Shown here piece after piece: positions 50,109 to 61,600 of a stretch of DNA of 64,000 nucleotides. Numbering within the stretch: the stretch's first letter is position 1; each line of letters begins with the position of its first letter. The DNA is from Blastocatellia bacterium (lineage in GTDB: Bacteria > Acidobacteriota > Blastocatellia > RBC074). The stretch covers positions 97,634 to 161,633 of the forward strand of contig JAXLQP010000007.1 in assembly GCA_046331565.1 (NCBI GenBank). Direction: 5' to 3'. Below the pieces are notes generated by a model. The model saw nothing but the letters and a program-made list of their open reading frames with translations, made no database searches and had not been told where the DNA came from. The translations under genes were made by a program, and so were the position numbers.

Positions 50109-51482
50109 ATGAAACGGATTCTGGTCATTGATGATGATCGCGCTTCGTGCAATCTGTTGCGCGAACTGTTCACGGCGCAGGGCTGGAGCACTGAAACGGC
50201 GCAGACGCCGCAACAGGCGCTCGAACTGGCCGACTGCGAAAAATTCGATCTCCTCGTCAGTGACATCAATCTTGAAGCCGGGCTTTCCGGCATTGATCTG
50301 CTGCGGCAGTTGCGCGATCAGTGCCCGGTGATTCTGATTACCGGCTTCGGCACGCTCGACACCACCGTGACCGCTTCACGCGAAGGCGCGTGGGACATCA
50401 TCTCAAAACCCTTCAAGGTTCAGGAAATCATCGCCACCGTCAAACGCGCGCTCGAACACAGCGACGAAAAAAACCGCGAGGCCGTGCCCGATTCGCTTTC
50501 GGCGCAGTACGAACACACGGGCCTCGTCGGGCGTTCACCGGCGATGCTTGAGCTTTACAAGGAGATCGCCCGTGTCGCGCCGTCGCGTTCGACCGTGCTG
50601 CTGATTGGCGAATCAGGCACCGGCAAGGAACTGATTGCCCGCGCCATTCATCAGCACAGCGCCCGCGCTTCGGGGCCGTTTGTGCCGGTTAATTGCGGCG
50701 CGCTGACTGAATCGCTGCTTGAGGCCGAACTCTTTGGTCACGTCAAAGGTTCATTCACCGGCGCAGCGGCTGACCGCAAGGGCCTGTGGGAAGAGGCCGA
50801 AGGCGGCACCCTCTTTCTGGATGAAATCGGCGAAACGTCGCAGGCCATGCAGGTCAAGCTGCTGCGCGCGCTTCAGGAAAAAGAGATTCGCCGCGTCGGC
50901 GCGGCAAAGACCACCAGAGTTGATGCCCGCGTCGTCGCCGCTACCAACCGCGAACTGGAACAGGAAGTCGCCGCTAAAAACTTCCGCGAGGATTTGTTCT
51001 ATCGCCTGAGTGTTGTCACGCTGCGGGTGCCGCCGTTGCGCGACCGCCGCAGCGACATTCCGCTGCTCGCCGAACGCTTTCTGCATCACGCCTCAGAAAA
51101 TGCCGGGCGCGGCCCGCTGCACTTTCTCGAAGACACGGTCAAAGTCCTGACGGCTTATGACTGGCCCGGCAACGTGCGCGAACTGGAATCAGCCGTTGAA
51201 TACGCGGCCCTGCGCGCACGCGGTTCAGAAATCGCACCTGAAGATTTGCCGCCCAAACTGCAGTCTGACGAAGTTCGCGCAAAGGCGGCCCGCTCGCCGC
51301 TCGCTGCGCTTTACGATGACCTGCCCACGCTCGAAGAACTCGAAAGCCGTTACCTGCGCCACGTCCTCGAAGTCGTCGGCGGCAACCGCTCACGCGCCGC
51401 CGAAGTCATGCGTATTGACCGCCGCACGCTTTACCGCATGGCTGAACGCTTTGGCCTCAGAAGCGATGACGACAGGGAATGA
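50109..51482 (+). CDS. Sigma54-dependent response regulator (NtrC/AtoC family: receiver, AAA+, Fis HTH)
   Basis: [58 protein letters not shown] and [20 protein letters not shown]. Confidence 0.96.
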   Translation: MKRILVIDDDRASCNLLRELFTAQGWSTETAQTPQQALELADCEKFDLLVSDINLEAGLSGIDLLRQLRDQCPVILITGFGTLDTTVTASREGAWDIISKPFKVQEIIATVKRALEHSDEKNREAVPDSLSAQYEHTGLVGRSPAMLELYKEIARVAPSRSTVLLIGESGTGKELIARAIHQHSARASGPFVPVNCGALTESLLEAELFGHVKGSFTGAAADRKGLWEEAEGGTLFLDEIGETSQAMQVKLLRALQEKEIRRVGAAKTTRVDARVVAATNRELEQEVAAKNFREDLFYRLSVVTLRVPPLRDRRSDIPLLAERFLHHASENAGRGPLHFLEDTVKVLTAYDWPGNVRELESAVEYAALRARGSEIAPEDLPPKLQSDEVRAKAARSPLAALYDDLPTLEELESRYLRHVLEVVGGNRSRAAEVMRIDRRTLYRMAERFGLRSDDDRE

Positions 51483-51638
51483 AGCGAGTCAGACGACGTT
51501 GATTTTTCTGCCTGTTGCAGAGCCTGTCTGATTCGGTTGTTTTGTCCGCAGCGCGGACGGGAAAACCTCTTTATTCCGCTCAGGCGCATTCTCGACGAGG
51601 TGGTGTTCGATCAGGATTCTTTACAGAGTCTGTCCGGC

Positions 51639-51667
51639 TTGACACACATCAGTCCCGTTCATATTCT
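51639..51667 (+). promoter_or_regulatory. Sigma70-type promoter
   Basis: TTGACA (51639-51644), 17-bp spacer, TATTCT (51662-51667), 38 nt before ATG 51706. Confidence 0.65.
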
Positions 51668-51705
51668 CGCTGCCCGGAATCAACGGCCACGAACCACCGA
51701 AAAGT

Positions 51706-52326
51706 ATGGGACTTTACGCCAATTATCTTTTCCCGCGCCTGATGGAACACGCGCTCGGAACCGGGCAGGTGCACAAGCTGCGCCATCGCACGCTGGCCCC
51801 GGTCAGCGGCGAAGTGCTTGAAATCGGCTTCGGCACGGGCCTCAACCTGTCGCATTACCCGGCAACCGTCACGCGACTGACGACGATTGAACCCGTTGCG
51901 ATGCTGCCCGGAGTCGTCGGTCAGCGCATTGCCGCCGCGCCGTTCCCGGTCAGGCAACTGCAACTCGATGCTGCCGGAAAGCTGCCGCTTGAAGATGCGA
52001 GCTTTGATTTTGTCGTTTCAACTTTCACGCTCTGCTCGATTCCTGATCTGACGGCTGCGCTCGGTGAAATTCGCCGCACGCTCAAACCTGGCGGGCAGTT
52101 CATCTTTCTCGAACACGGGCGCAGCGATGATGCGAAAGTGGCGCGCTGGCAGGATCGGCTCAATCCGATTCAGAAAGTGATCGGGTGCGGGTGCAACCTC
52201 AACCGGCAGATTGACCGGCTGATTGCGGAAGGCGGTTTGAAGGTGACAGAACTGGAACGGTTTCTGATGAAGGATGCGCCGCGCATCACTGGTGAATTGT
52301 ACAAAGGCGCAGCCGTGATTGCCTGA
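51706..52326 (+). CDS. Class I SAM-dependent methyltransferase
   Basis: VLEIGFGTGLNL, LPLEDASFD.VVSTFTLCSI and LKPGG.F.FLEHG. Confidence 0.92.
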   Translation: MGLYANYLFPRLMEHALGTGQVHKLRHRTLAPVSGEVLEIGFGTGLNLSHYPATVTRLTTIEPVAMLPGVVGQRIAAAPFPVRQLQLDAAGKLPLEDASFDFVVSTFTLCSIPDLTAALGEIRRTLKPGGQFIFLEHGRSDDAKVARWQDRLNPIQKVIGCGCNLNRQIDRLIAEGGLKVTELERFLMKDAPRITGELYKGAAVIA

Positions 52327-52333
52327 GCGGCAA

Positions 52334-53422
52334 TCAGCGTTTTTCGCCGGAAGAAGTAACGGGCGGCGGAGTCTCGCTGCCTGCGGCGGGCAGCGATGGC
52401 GGTGCAATTTTCGGCCTTTCACCCGTCAGCGTTTTCAGAAAGGCTTCGATGTCCTCAACCTCGCGCTCCTTCAGCCTGATGCCAAGCTGCGTGGTCATCA
52501 TCACGTTGATGGCCTGCTTCAAATCAGCGACCCGGCCTGAATGAAAGTATGGCGCTGTGATTTCGACATTACGCAATGACGGCGCTCTGAAGACATATTC
52601 ATCGGTCGGATCGCCCGTGATCGCAAAGCGGCCCTTGTCAGCAGGCGGCCTGATTTCAGGCACAGGTTTTTGTGCGACGCCGAAGCGATGATAACTCGCC
52701 CCGCCCAGGTTCACTCCCTTGTGACACGACGCGCAGTCCTTTGCGATAAAGAGCGCCAGCCCGCGCCGCTCCTGTTCATTCAACGCCTGCTCACTGCCGC
52801 TTAAAAACTGATCGAAACGCGAGTTCGGCGTGAGCAGCGTGGCCTCGAAGGCTTCAATGGCTCTGGTCACGTGGTCGAACGTGACCGGGTCAGTTTCATT
52901 CGGAAATGAAGCTTTGAAGAGCGCCACGTAAGCGGGCATGCTTTTGAGCGTCTGCACCACGCGCGCCGGAGTGTTGTTCATTTCCACCGCCGCCTGAATC
53001 GGGCCTTTCGCCTGCTCCCGCAGATTCCTGGCGCGCCCATCCCAGAACTGCGCAAAGTTGAAGACGGCATTGAAAACCGTCGGACTGTTGCGCGTGCCTT
53101 TCTGCCCGTTGTGACCAACCGAAGTGTCAAGCGCATCAGCGCCGTTCACGCTCAGGTTGTGACAACTGTTGCAACTGACCGTCCAGGCTGATGACAGGCG
53201 CTGGTCAAAAAAAAGCAGTTTGCCCAGTTCGATTTTTGACGGAGTCAGCGGATTGTCCTTCAGTTCGGGCGGCTGTAAGGGAATGGGCGTAAAAAGGTGG
53301 CGGGCCTTGCGCAGCAGTGAATCTTCAGCGCTGCCGCTTGCGGTCAGCAGTGCAGCAAACAGCACAATCAGCAGCCTGGCTGTGTGCCGGTTGCTGACAG
53401 CGGTGATTCTGTGGTTACGCAA
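52334..53422 (-). CDS. Di-heme cytochrome c peroxidase (CcpA/MauG family)
   Basis: Two CXXCH motifs (CNSCH, CASCH), LG..LFFD.RLS, RNSPTV.NA, QFWDGRA and PSLRNV..TAPYFHSG. TTG 53422 is 8 nt after GGAGG. Confidence 0.92.
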   Translation of the reverse strand: MRNHRITAVSNRHTARLLIVLFAALLTASGSAEDSLLRKARHLFTPIPLQPPELKDNPLTPSKIELGKLLFFDQRLSSAWTVSCNSCHNLSVNGADALDTSVGHNGQKGTRNSPTVFNAVFNFAQFWDGRARNLREQAKGPIQAAVEMNNTPARVVQTLKSMPAYVALFKASFPNETDPVTFDHVTRAIEAFEATLLTPNSRFDQFLSGSEQALNEQERRGLALFIAKDCASCHKGVNLGGASYHRFGVAQKPVPEIRPPADKGRFAITGDPTDEYVFRAPSLRNVEITAPYFHSGRVADLKQAINVMMTTQLGIRLKEREVEDIEAFLKTLTGERPKIAPPSLPAAGSETPPPVTSSGEKR

Positions 53423-53599
53423 AACCGTCACCTCCTTCCTTCAGGAAACCTTGCCGGAACAGACCATTCAACGCAAAGAGGCATAGCGCGCAAAGCGGCG
53501 TCTGCGCGCTCCCTGCTTCTTTGCGTTGAGAATAATCCTTTCCGGCTGCTGTGTGACCGGGTTGCGAATGGCGATTGAGCCAGTGACGCGACGGTGACG

Positions 53600-54019
53600 T
53601 TACTGTTCCTGGATTGATTCCAGGTATTTGGTCAGGTTGTAAATTTCCAGCGTGGCAAAGCCCGGCCCTGACTTGCGCCGCAGCACAGTGCCCCAGACCG
53701 GCATATCTCTCGATCCGTGCGATTCAAGCATATCATCACCGGAAATCACCCGCTGAATGCGAGCCGCCGGAAACTTGCCATCCTGCTTTTCAATCCGGGT
53801 CAGGTCTGCCGGAGCTTTCTTCAGCGTTTTGGCCGTCGGGCCGTTCCCTTTGGCATCAGCGCCATGACAGGTGGCGCAATACTGCATAAAGGTCTTCCGG
53901 CCTTCGAGGGCCTTTTTCGCAGGCTGTTCGGCCTGTACATTCTGAATAACCGGAAAGGTGTAAGGAAGCAGCAGAACTCCGGCGCTCACCACCACAGCAG
54001 CGATCATTTTACGTAACAT
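53600..54019 (-). CDS. Mono-heme c-type cytochrome, exported
   Basis: Signal peptide, YCATCHG.D.KG.GP.A and HGSRDMPVWG. ATG 54019 with AAGGAG RBS. Confidence 0.9.
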   Translation of the reverse strand: MLRKMIAAVVVSAGVLLLPYTFPVIQNVQAEQPAKKALEGRKTFMQYCATCHGADAKGNGPTAKTLKKAPADLTRIEKQDGKFPAARIQRVISGDDMLESHGSRDMPVWGTVLRRKSGPGFATLEIYNLTKYLESIQEQ

Positions 54020-54123
54020 AAGCTTTCTCCTTCTGGCCGGACGAACACAACCTCCGGCGATGACGACTTCAGGTGCGGATAACGAATACATGTCAGTGAA
54101 CACAGCACACTGGCCCTCAGCAG

Positions 54124-54139
54124 AGCAACAGATGTGCCA
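54124..54139 (-). promoter_or_regulatory. Sigma54 promoter for the cytochrome c gene
   Basis: Minus strand reads TGGCAC-ATCTG-TTGCT. Confidence 0.85.
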
Positions 54140-54332
54140 GCCTGAATGGCGGGGCTGAAAGTCAGGAAGAATAGCTGATGACAACAGCGCGGTGCGGAAT
54201 TTTGCACAGCGAAAAAGTCGCCTGCGCGATTTTTTACGCAACTGCAAAAACGATCTGAAAAGGCGGGGAATTTTCCGCTGTGATAGTCAGACTACCCTGA
54301 ACACTCAGTGCGGGCAGCAGGTGGAAAGCGGT

Positions 54333-54418
<86 letters not shown>

Positions 54419-54430
54419 TTTGTGGTTTCG

Positions 54431-56662
54431 TCAGACAAGCTTCTGTTTTTTGAGCGGCAGTTCGCGGATGCGTTTGCCGGTCGCGGCGAAAATGGCGTTG
54501 CAGATGGCCGGAGGAATCGGCGGCACGCCGGGTTCACCGACCCCGGCAGGCGGCGCATCGCTTGCGACCAGGTGCACCTGAGTTACCAGCGGCGCTTCAT
54601 TGATTCGCGCCACCTGGTAATCGTGAAAGTTCGATTGCACGATCTCGCCGTTTGCCGCCGTGATTTCGCTCAGCAGCGCGATGCTTGCGCCAAAAACAGC
54701 CGCGCCCTCAAACTGATTTTTCACGCGATCAGGGTTGATGATCCTGCCCGCGTCAACTGCCGTGACGACGCGCGGAATGCGAACCCTGCCATTGTCGTCA
54801 ACAACGACTTCAACGACTGACGCAACGTAGCTGTAAAAGCTCCAGTGCGCAGCGATGCCGAGCGCGTGGCCTTTCGTCGGCTTGAATTTCGCCCAGCCGG
54901 ATTTTTCGGCGGCGAGTTCGATGACGTTGCGCAAACGTCCCGTTTCAAGCGGAAACCTGTTCGCCATTGCGCCGCGTTCGCCCAGATCAACCCGGCGCGG
55001 CTGTCCGAGCAGGTCGAGCAGGTATTCGACGCGATCACGACCGGCCAGCGCCGCCAGTTCATCCGCAAACGAATGCACGCCGAAAGCGTGATAGATATTC
55101 GACACCGAACGCAGCCAGCCGATGCGGACGTGCGCCTGCGCCGGGCCGTTTTCGACGCGATGATTCGGAATGTCAAACGGCACGTTCGTCCAGCCCATGC
55201 TCAGTTCAAAGCCCTGGCCCGTGCGCGCAGCGGGATTGAACATTGCGCCGATTGACGGAAACGCCGACCGTTGCAGCCACGCCGTCGGGCGACCTTTGTC
55301 ATCCACAGCGGCTTTCAGATACATCGCAGCAACGGCGTGGTAATAGTCAAAGCGAATGTCGTCCTCGCGGCTCCAGGTGACTTTGACAGGCTTGCCGACG
55401 GCTTTTGAGAGCAGCGCGGCTTCGGCGCAGTAATCGGGTTTCGATTTGCGACCGAATCCGCCGCCAAGCAGCGTGACGTGACATTCGACATTCTTTTTAT
55501 CAATGCCGAGCGCGGCGGCGACTGTGTCCTGCACGGCCTGCGGGTTCTGCGTCGCGGCGTGAATCAGGACTTTGCCATCGCGGAAGTCAGCCACGGCGGC
55601 GGGCGGTTCCATCGGCGCGTGTGCGAGGTGCGGGACGTAATATTCGGCTTCGTGCGTCCTGCCGCCTTTGGCAAAAACAGCGTCAACGTCACCGATGTTG
55701 CGCGCCGCCTTCTGCGGCTGGCGCACGGTTTCGAGCAGCGCCTGTTTGTATTTCGCTGAATCGTAACCGGCGTTTTCGCCCGCTTCCCATTCGATTTTCA
55801 GTTTCTCGCGGCCCTTCATCGCGGCCCAGGTGTTATCGGCAATCACCGCGACACCGCCGAGCGGTTTGAACTGATACGGCGGCACGAGCGCCGGAATCAC
55901 GACTGTCTGGCGCACGCCGCGCACTTTCTTCGTTTCGGCATCGTCATAAGTTTTCAGCTTGCCACCAAAGACCGGCGCGTGTTCGACGGAAGCGTAAAGC
56001 ATTCCCGGCATGCTCGCGTCCACGCCGAACGTGCCTTTGCCTGCGCAGATGTCATCGCGGTCAATGGTTGGAATGTCCTTGCCGATGTAACGATACTCAG
56101 CCGGTGATTTGAATTTCAGTTCATCCTTTTTCGGCACGGCCTGCTTTGCCGCGAGCGCGGCAAGTTCGCCGTAACCGAGTCTGCGTTTGCTCTTTGCGTG
56201 AACGACCTGATGATTCTGCGCTTTGCACTCAGTTGCAGGCACGCCCCATTTTTCAGCGGCGGCGCGTTCGAGCATCATTCGGGCGCTGGCTCCGGCCTCG
56301 CGCATCGCATCGTAAAAATCGCGGATCGAACACGAACCATCAGTGTTCTGATTGCCGTATTTCGCATCACCGATGGCCTGCTCGATTCTGACGCGCGACC
56401 AGTCGGCATCGAGTTCGTCGGCCAGCACCGTCGGCAGCACGCTGCGAATGCCCGTCCCCATTTCGGAACGATGCGCGACGATAATCACCGTGCCATCGGT
56501 TTCAATGCCCAGATAAACGCCCGGATGCCAGGCGGCGCTGTCGGCTTTGCTGCCAGCGGCCAGAGCCTCCAGCGGCAACAGGCGCGCGCCGAGCACGAGC
56601 GCCCCGGCTGAAAAGAGATTGCCCAGAAAAGTGCGACGAGTGACCAGTTCGATTCGGTTCAT
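54431..56662 (-). CDS. Xanthine-dehydrogenase-family molybdopterin subunit (IorB-like), Tat-exported
   Basis: VTRRTFL Tat signal, RSEMGTG, HAPMEP, GGGFGRK, G.W.RSV, Q.EG....G and [25 protein letters not shown]. Confidence 0.93.
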   Translation of the reverse strand: MNRIELVTRRTFLGNLFSAGALVLGARLLPLEALAAGSKADSAAWHPGVYLGIETDGTVIIVAHRSEMGTGIRSVLPTVLADELDADWSRVRIEQAIGDAKYGNQNTDGSCSIRDFYDAMREAGASARMMLERAAAEKWGVPATECKAQNHQVVHAKSKRRLGYGELAALAAKQAVPKKDELKFKSPAEYRYIGKDIPTIDRDDICAGKGTFGVDASMPGMLYASVEHAPVFGGKLKTYDDAETKKVRGVRQTVVIPALVPPYQFKPLGGVAVIADNTWAAMKGREKLKIEWEAGENAGYDSAKYKQALLETVRQPQKAARNIGDVDAVFAKGGRTHEAEYYVPHLAHAPMEPPAAVADFRDGKVLIHAATQNPQAVQDTVAAALGIDKKNVECHVTLLGGGFGRKSKPDYCAEAALLSKAVGKPVKVTWSREDDIRFDYYHAVAAMYLKAAVDDKGRPTAWLQRSAFPSIGAMFNPAARTGQGFELSMGWTNVPFDIPNHRVENGPAQAHVRIGWLRSVSNIYHAFGVHSFADELAALAGRDRVEYLLDLLGQPRRVDLGERGAMANRFPLETGRLRNVIELAAEKSGWAKFKPTKGHALGIAAHWSFYSYVASVVEVVVDDNGRVRIPRVVTAVDAGRIINPDRVKNQFEGAAVFGASIALLSEITAANGEIVQSNFHDYQVARINEAPLVTQVHLVASDAPPAGVGEPGVPPIPPAICNAIFAATGKRIRELPLKKQKLV

Positions 56663-56674
56663 TGCTTCGCCTCC

Positions 56675-57130
56675 TTATGCCTTCTGATTGGACGCCTGTT
56701 TGATTGCCTGCCGGATGCGCTGATAGGTTCCGCAGCGGCAGATGTTGCCTTTCATCGCAGCATCAATGTCGGCATCGGTGGGTGCTGGTTTCTGTTTGAG
56801 CAGCGCGGCGGCCTGCATGATCTGACCGCTCTGGCAGTAACCGCATTGCGGCACGTTGTTCTGTTTCCAGGCCCGCTGCACCGGATGGTCGGCTTTGGCG
56901 CTGAGGCCTTCGATGGTGACGACCTCTTTGCCATCCACGTTTTTCATCGGCGTCTGGCAACTGCGCACCGCTGCGCCGTTGAGGTGAACCGTGCAGGCTC
57001 CGCACAGCCCCGCGCCGCAGCCATATTTGGTTCCGGTCAGTTGCAGTTCATCGCGCAGAAACCACAACAAAGGCATCTCAGGCTCGCCGTCGAACTGACG
57101 GCTGACGCCATTCACTTTCAGCTTGATCAT
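56675..57130 (-). CDS. (2Fe-2S)-binding small subunit (IorA/CoxS-like)
   Basis: [28 protein letters not shown] and [11 protein letters not shown] 57130. Confidence 0.95.
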   Translation of the reverse strand: MIKLKVNGVSRQFDGEPEMPLLWFLRDELQLTGTKYGCGAGLCGACTVHLNGAAVRSCQTPMKNVDGKEVVTIEGLSAKADHPVQRAWKQNNVPQCGYCQSGQIMQAAALLKQKPAPTDADIDAAMKGNICRCGTYQRIRQAIKQASNQKA

Positions 57131-57227
57131 TGGTTTGCTCCCGGAGAAATCGGTTGAGTGAAGAAATCCTGTCCAGTCACAAAGACGCACGAATGATATG
57201 CCCGACCCAGGCACAGGCGCAAGAAAC

Positions 57228-57342
57228 GGGGAAGAGGAGAAGAGGAGAAAAGGCGATGGGATTGCATCGCCGCACTGAAATCGAAATTCTCCTTTTCTCC
57301 TTTTCTCCTTTTCTCCCTTTCCCCTCTTCCCCTCTTCCCCGT
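57228..57342. repeat. Inverted pair of octamer arrays, (GGAGAARA)n ... (TTCTCCTT/TTCCCCTC)n
   Basis: GGGGAAGA GGAGAAGA GGAGAAAA, then a spacer, then TTCTCCTT x3, TTCTCCCT, TTCCCCTC x2 and TTCCCCGT. Confidence 0.8.
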
Positions 57343-57380
57343 GTGCCCTGTGTCACTCGTGGCGAATTTATGATCAGGCC

Positions 57381-58472
57381 TCACGGCTGCGATTCGGCTA
57401 GCAGTTCAGCGAGGTGTTGTTTCCACAGTTCGGGCAGCGAATGAGTGCCGTGACCGCGTGTGCGGTCGCTGATCGGAATCAGAATGTAACGCCCGCGCTT
57501 CACGCGTTTGATCTCTTTATCGAGGATGCCCAGTTCGGGCGGGTTCACCTGATCGTCGGCGGAGTTGATGGCGACGAGCGGCGCTTTGATGGTTTCAAGT
57601 TGCGGCGCGGGGTCGTAATCACGCGAAGCATCGAACTGATAAAGCATGTCGTTGGCATCCTGGCGCTGCAGTTGCGCGCGCACCAGGTTATCGAACATCC
57701 GGTCAGCGGCTTCGCGGGTCGGAGCCTGCTTGTACCACTGCAGCGGCACGCTCGTCATAAACAGCAGCGTGTAGATGGCCGAAGTCAGGCCGCGCACCGG
57801 CTGCGTGGTGTATTCGCCGTTCTTCCAGTCCGGATCGTTTCTGATCGAATCAATGACCATGCGCCGCGTCATCCGGTTGCGCCCCGAAATCTGCACCGGC
57901 AGGCTGGCGAGCGGCATCAGCGCGTCCATAAAATCAGGATACTTTTCACCCCACACCCACGTCTGCATCCCGCCCATCGAAGTTCCCGTCACCAGCCGCA
58001 GGTGATTGACGCCGAGGTGTTCAGTCAGCAGCCGGTAATGCCCCGTCACCATGTCGTTGTAGTTGTAATGCGGAAAGCGCGCCCGCAGCCCGTTGCTCGG
58101 TTTTGATGAATCGCCGTGTCCGATGCCGTCGGGCAGCACAATGAAATATTTCGTCGCGTCGAGCAACTGTCCCGGCCCGAACAGAACTCCGGCAAACTGC
58201 GCCGACAGAAAGCCCGCGCCCGAACCGCCCGTCCCGTGCAGAATCAGCACGGCATTGCGCGTCCGGCCCGACGCATCGCGCTGCGGCGTGCCCAGCGTGC
58301 GGTAATGCAGCTTCAGTTCCGGCAGCGTTTCGCCGCTCTCGAATTTGAAATCGCGGATCGTGAAATCGCCCTGCGCCGGTTCAGGATAGTTGCGCGCTGG
58401 CGGCGTTGTCTGAGCCAGCGCGGTGATTGCAGAGAAAGCAAGGATCAGCAGCAGAAAATTTATGCGCGTCAT
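57381..58472 (-). CDS. Homoserine-acetyltransferase-like alpha/beta hydrolase with signal peptide
   Basis: F.F.SGE.L..L.LHY.TLG, LILHGTGG, GTSMGGMQ nucleophile elbow, INSADD and GHGTH. ATG 58472 gives a Sec signal. Confidence 0.85.
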   Translation of the reverse strand: MTRINFLLLILAFSAITALAQTTPPARNYPEPAQGDFTIRDFKFESGETLPELKLHYRTLGTPQRDASGRTRNAVLILHGTGGSGAGFLSAQFAGVLFGPGQLLDATKYFIVLPDGIGHGDSSKPSNGLRARFPHYNYNDMVTGHYRLLTEHLGVNHLRLVTGTSMGGMQTWVWGEKYPDFMDALMPLASLPVQISGRNRMTRRMVIDSIRNDPDWKNGEYTTQPVRGLTSAIYTLLFMTSVPLQWYKQAPTREAADRMFDNLVRAQLQRQDANDMLYQFDASRDYDPAPQLETIKAPLVAINSADDQVNPPELGILDKEIKRVKRGRYILIPISDRTRGHGTHSLPELWKQHLAELLAESQP

Positions 58473-58492
58473 GGGAATCAAAGAGAAAAGAC

Positions 58493-58572
<80 letters not shown>

Positions 58573-58642
58573 TTTTTTACCCGACAGCACGCGGTCGAAA
58601 GGGAATCAGTGCTTTCGGCCCGCGTGCTGTTGCTGGTTGTGT

Positions 58643-61600
58643 TTACTGATTTTTCCAGGTGTCGGCTTCGATGACGACTCTGGTGGTCATCTCTTTGCCG
58701 TCAACTGAAAGTTTCACCAGGTAAGTGCCGGGTTCGAGCGCCGGGCCGGCAAAGGCGAAGCGCCCGCCACCGCCGCCGCGACCCTGACCGGCAGGCTGCT
58801 GACCGGCAGGCTGCTGGCCGGGTTGTGCGCCTGGCGGCTGATTGCTGCCCGGCGGGTTTTCAGTTGCCTGCGGGCCGCCGGGGAATCCGGCGGGACGTGG
58901 CGGCGGGTCGCCACGCAGGTTCCATTGCACGCGGTTCAGACCTGCTTCCTTTGTGCCGGTGATGTTGCGAACGACTTTGCCGGTAATGTCAGTGACCGTC
59001 ACTTTGACTTCGCCTGACGGAGCCGATTTCAGGAAGTAACTGATCGCGGTTCCGGGCGGCAGGTTCTGGCCTCTGAAAACTTTGGCGCCGCCGACTGAGC
59101 GGCTCAGCGTCGCGTCGTTGAGCCATTGCACGCCGGGCCGCACGTCAAACAGGTGCGCGTCAGCGAGCATGACTTTTTCGCTGAGCTGCTCGAGTGGCGT
59201 GATGTCGTCGCAGATGTAAATGCCGCGTCCGTGCGTGCCTGCAATCAGATCGTTGTCACGCGGGTGAATCAGAATGTCATCCACTCTGACCATCGGCATT
59301 CCGGTCATAAACTTCTTCCAGTCCTTGCCGCCATCGAGCGAAACGAACAGGCCGAACTCAGCGCCGACAAAGAGCAGGTTCTTGTTTTTCAGGTCTTCAC
59401 GAATGACGTTGATGCTGCCGTTCGGCAGATTGCCCGTCACCGATGACCACGTTGCGCCGTAATCGCGCGTGACGTAAGCATACGGCTTCAGGTCGTCGTT
59501 GCGGTGATTGTCAAGCGTGACGTAGCAGGTTCCGGCTTCGAAATGTGAAGGCTCGACGCGCGAAATCTGCACGTAACCTTCAGGCGCGCCGCTGATGTTT
59601 TTGCTGACGTTCGTCCATGTCGTGCCGCCATCACGGCTGAGTTGCAGGTTGCCGTCATCAGTGCCGACCCACAGCACACCGGGCAGCACCGGCGATTCGG
59701 CAATGGTCGTGATGACGCTGTTGTTGGCGTAACCGTCGTGCTTGCTGGCCATCGGCGCTTTGCCGTCCACGCCCATAATCGGCAGCGTCGAGCGGTCAAT
59801 CTGTTTTGTCAGATCGGGGCTGGCAAACGTCCACGTATCGCCGCGATCCAGCGACTTGAAGAGCCTGTTGGCGCCGACATAAAGCGTGCGCGGATTGTGC
59901 GGTGAAATGATGACCGGCGTGTTCCAGTAAAAGCGATACTGCTCGCCCACCGGAGGCGCAGGCACGATGTTGCTTTGCATCGGATTGCCGCCGCCAAAAC
60001 CGCCGCCCTGCATCATCATCATCATCTGCATCTGATCGGCCTGTCCGCCCTGGGCCTGCTGATTCTGCTGCATCGGGCGCACGGTCGGCATCGTGATCTG
60101 CGCTGATGACTGCGCTGAGACATTCGGCTGAGTGGCCGGAGTCTGTTCAGGATTCGGTTCTGACTGCCGCGCTGCGGGGCCGCGCGGGCGTTGCGCCGCA
60201 CGCGGGCGAATCGAACGGCTTTGTCCGGTGCGCAGGTCGAGCCGCTGAATGGCTCCGTTCTGCGATTCGGCATAAATGATGTTGTAATCGGTCGGGTCGT
60301 TCAGCGTATAAAAGCCATCGCCGCCGCCCACGCGGAACCAGTCGGCATTGGTGATGCCTGCTGCGCCACCGCCGCCACCGAAGCCGCCGCCGCCCATGCG
60401 CACGGCGCTCGGCCCGCACCAGCTTCCGTTGTCCTGCAACCCGCCGCAGACGAAGTAAGGCTTTCGCATATCGGCTGAAACGGCATAAAACTGCGCTGCC
60501 GGAATCGTGTTGACGAATTCCCAGGTCTCGCCCTGGTCATAGCTGATGTCGAGGCCGCCATCATTGCCGATGATCACGTTGCTGCCATTTTTCGGATTGA
60601 TCCAGATGGCGTGATGATCGCTGTGCGCGATGCCCTGCACGTTCTTGAAGGTCTTGCCGCCATCGGTTGATTTCGTGAAGTTCAGCCCGCCGGTGTAAAC
60701 GATTTCAGGATTCGACGGGTCAACGCGAATCTGACTGTAATACATCGGGCGATTGTTGTTGTTGCTCACCACACGCCACGTTTTGCCCTTGTCGTCCGAG
60801 CGCCAGATGCCGCTCTTTTTCGGATCGGGCGGCTTGTTTGAGGGCTGCCCGAAACCCATTGCTTCGGCGCGTTCCTGCATCGCCTGCTGCATTGATTGCG
60901 GCGTCGGCTGTCCGCCGGGCGTCTCTTCGGGGACGCCCGTGCCGTTGCTCGCGCCGACTTCCATCTGCGCGTAAATCACGTTCGGATTCGAGCGCGCCAG
61001 GTCAATGCCGATGCGGCCCAGCAGTCCTTCGGGCAGGCCGCCGCCTTCCATCTTCGTCCACGTTTTGCCCGCATCAACGGTCTTCCAGAGCGCGCTGCCG
61101 GGGCCGCCGCCATTGAAGCCCGCCGCCGTGCGCCGCCGCTGATAGGACGCGGCGTAAAGAGTTTTCGTGTCCACCGGGTCAATCACCAGATCGGTGAAAC
61201 CGGTGTTTTCATCAATGAATTTGACGAGGTTCCAGCTTTTGCCGCCGTCGGTGGTTTTGTAAATGCCGCGCTCTTTGTTCGGCCCGAACAGGTGGCCGAG
61301 CGCGGCGACATAGACGGTGTTGGCGTCCTTCGGATCAATAACGACGCGGGCGATGGTCTGCGTTTCCTTCAGCCCCATGTTCGCCCACGTTTTGCCGCCG
61401 TCGGTTGATTTGTAAATGCCGTCGCCGAAACTCGAACTCTGGCGGTTGTTCGGCTCGCCCGTGCCAACCCACAGGATATTCGGATCGGACTGGCAAACTG
61501 CGACATCGCCGATGGAGTGCGTCGAATAAGTATCAAAGACCGGCTCGAACGTGGTGCCGTTGTTGATGGTCTTCCACAATCCGCCGGTCGCAAAGGCGAC

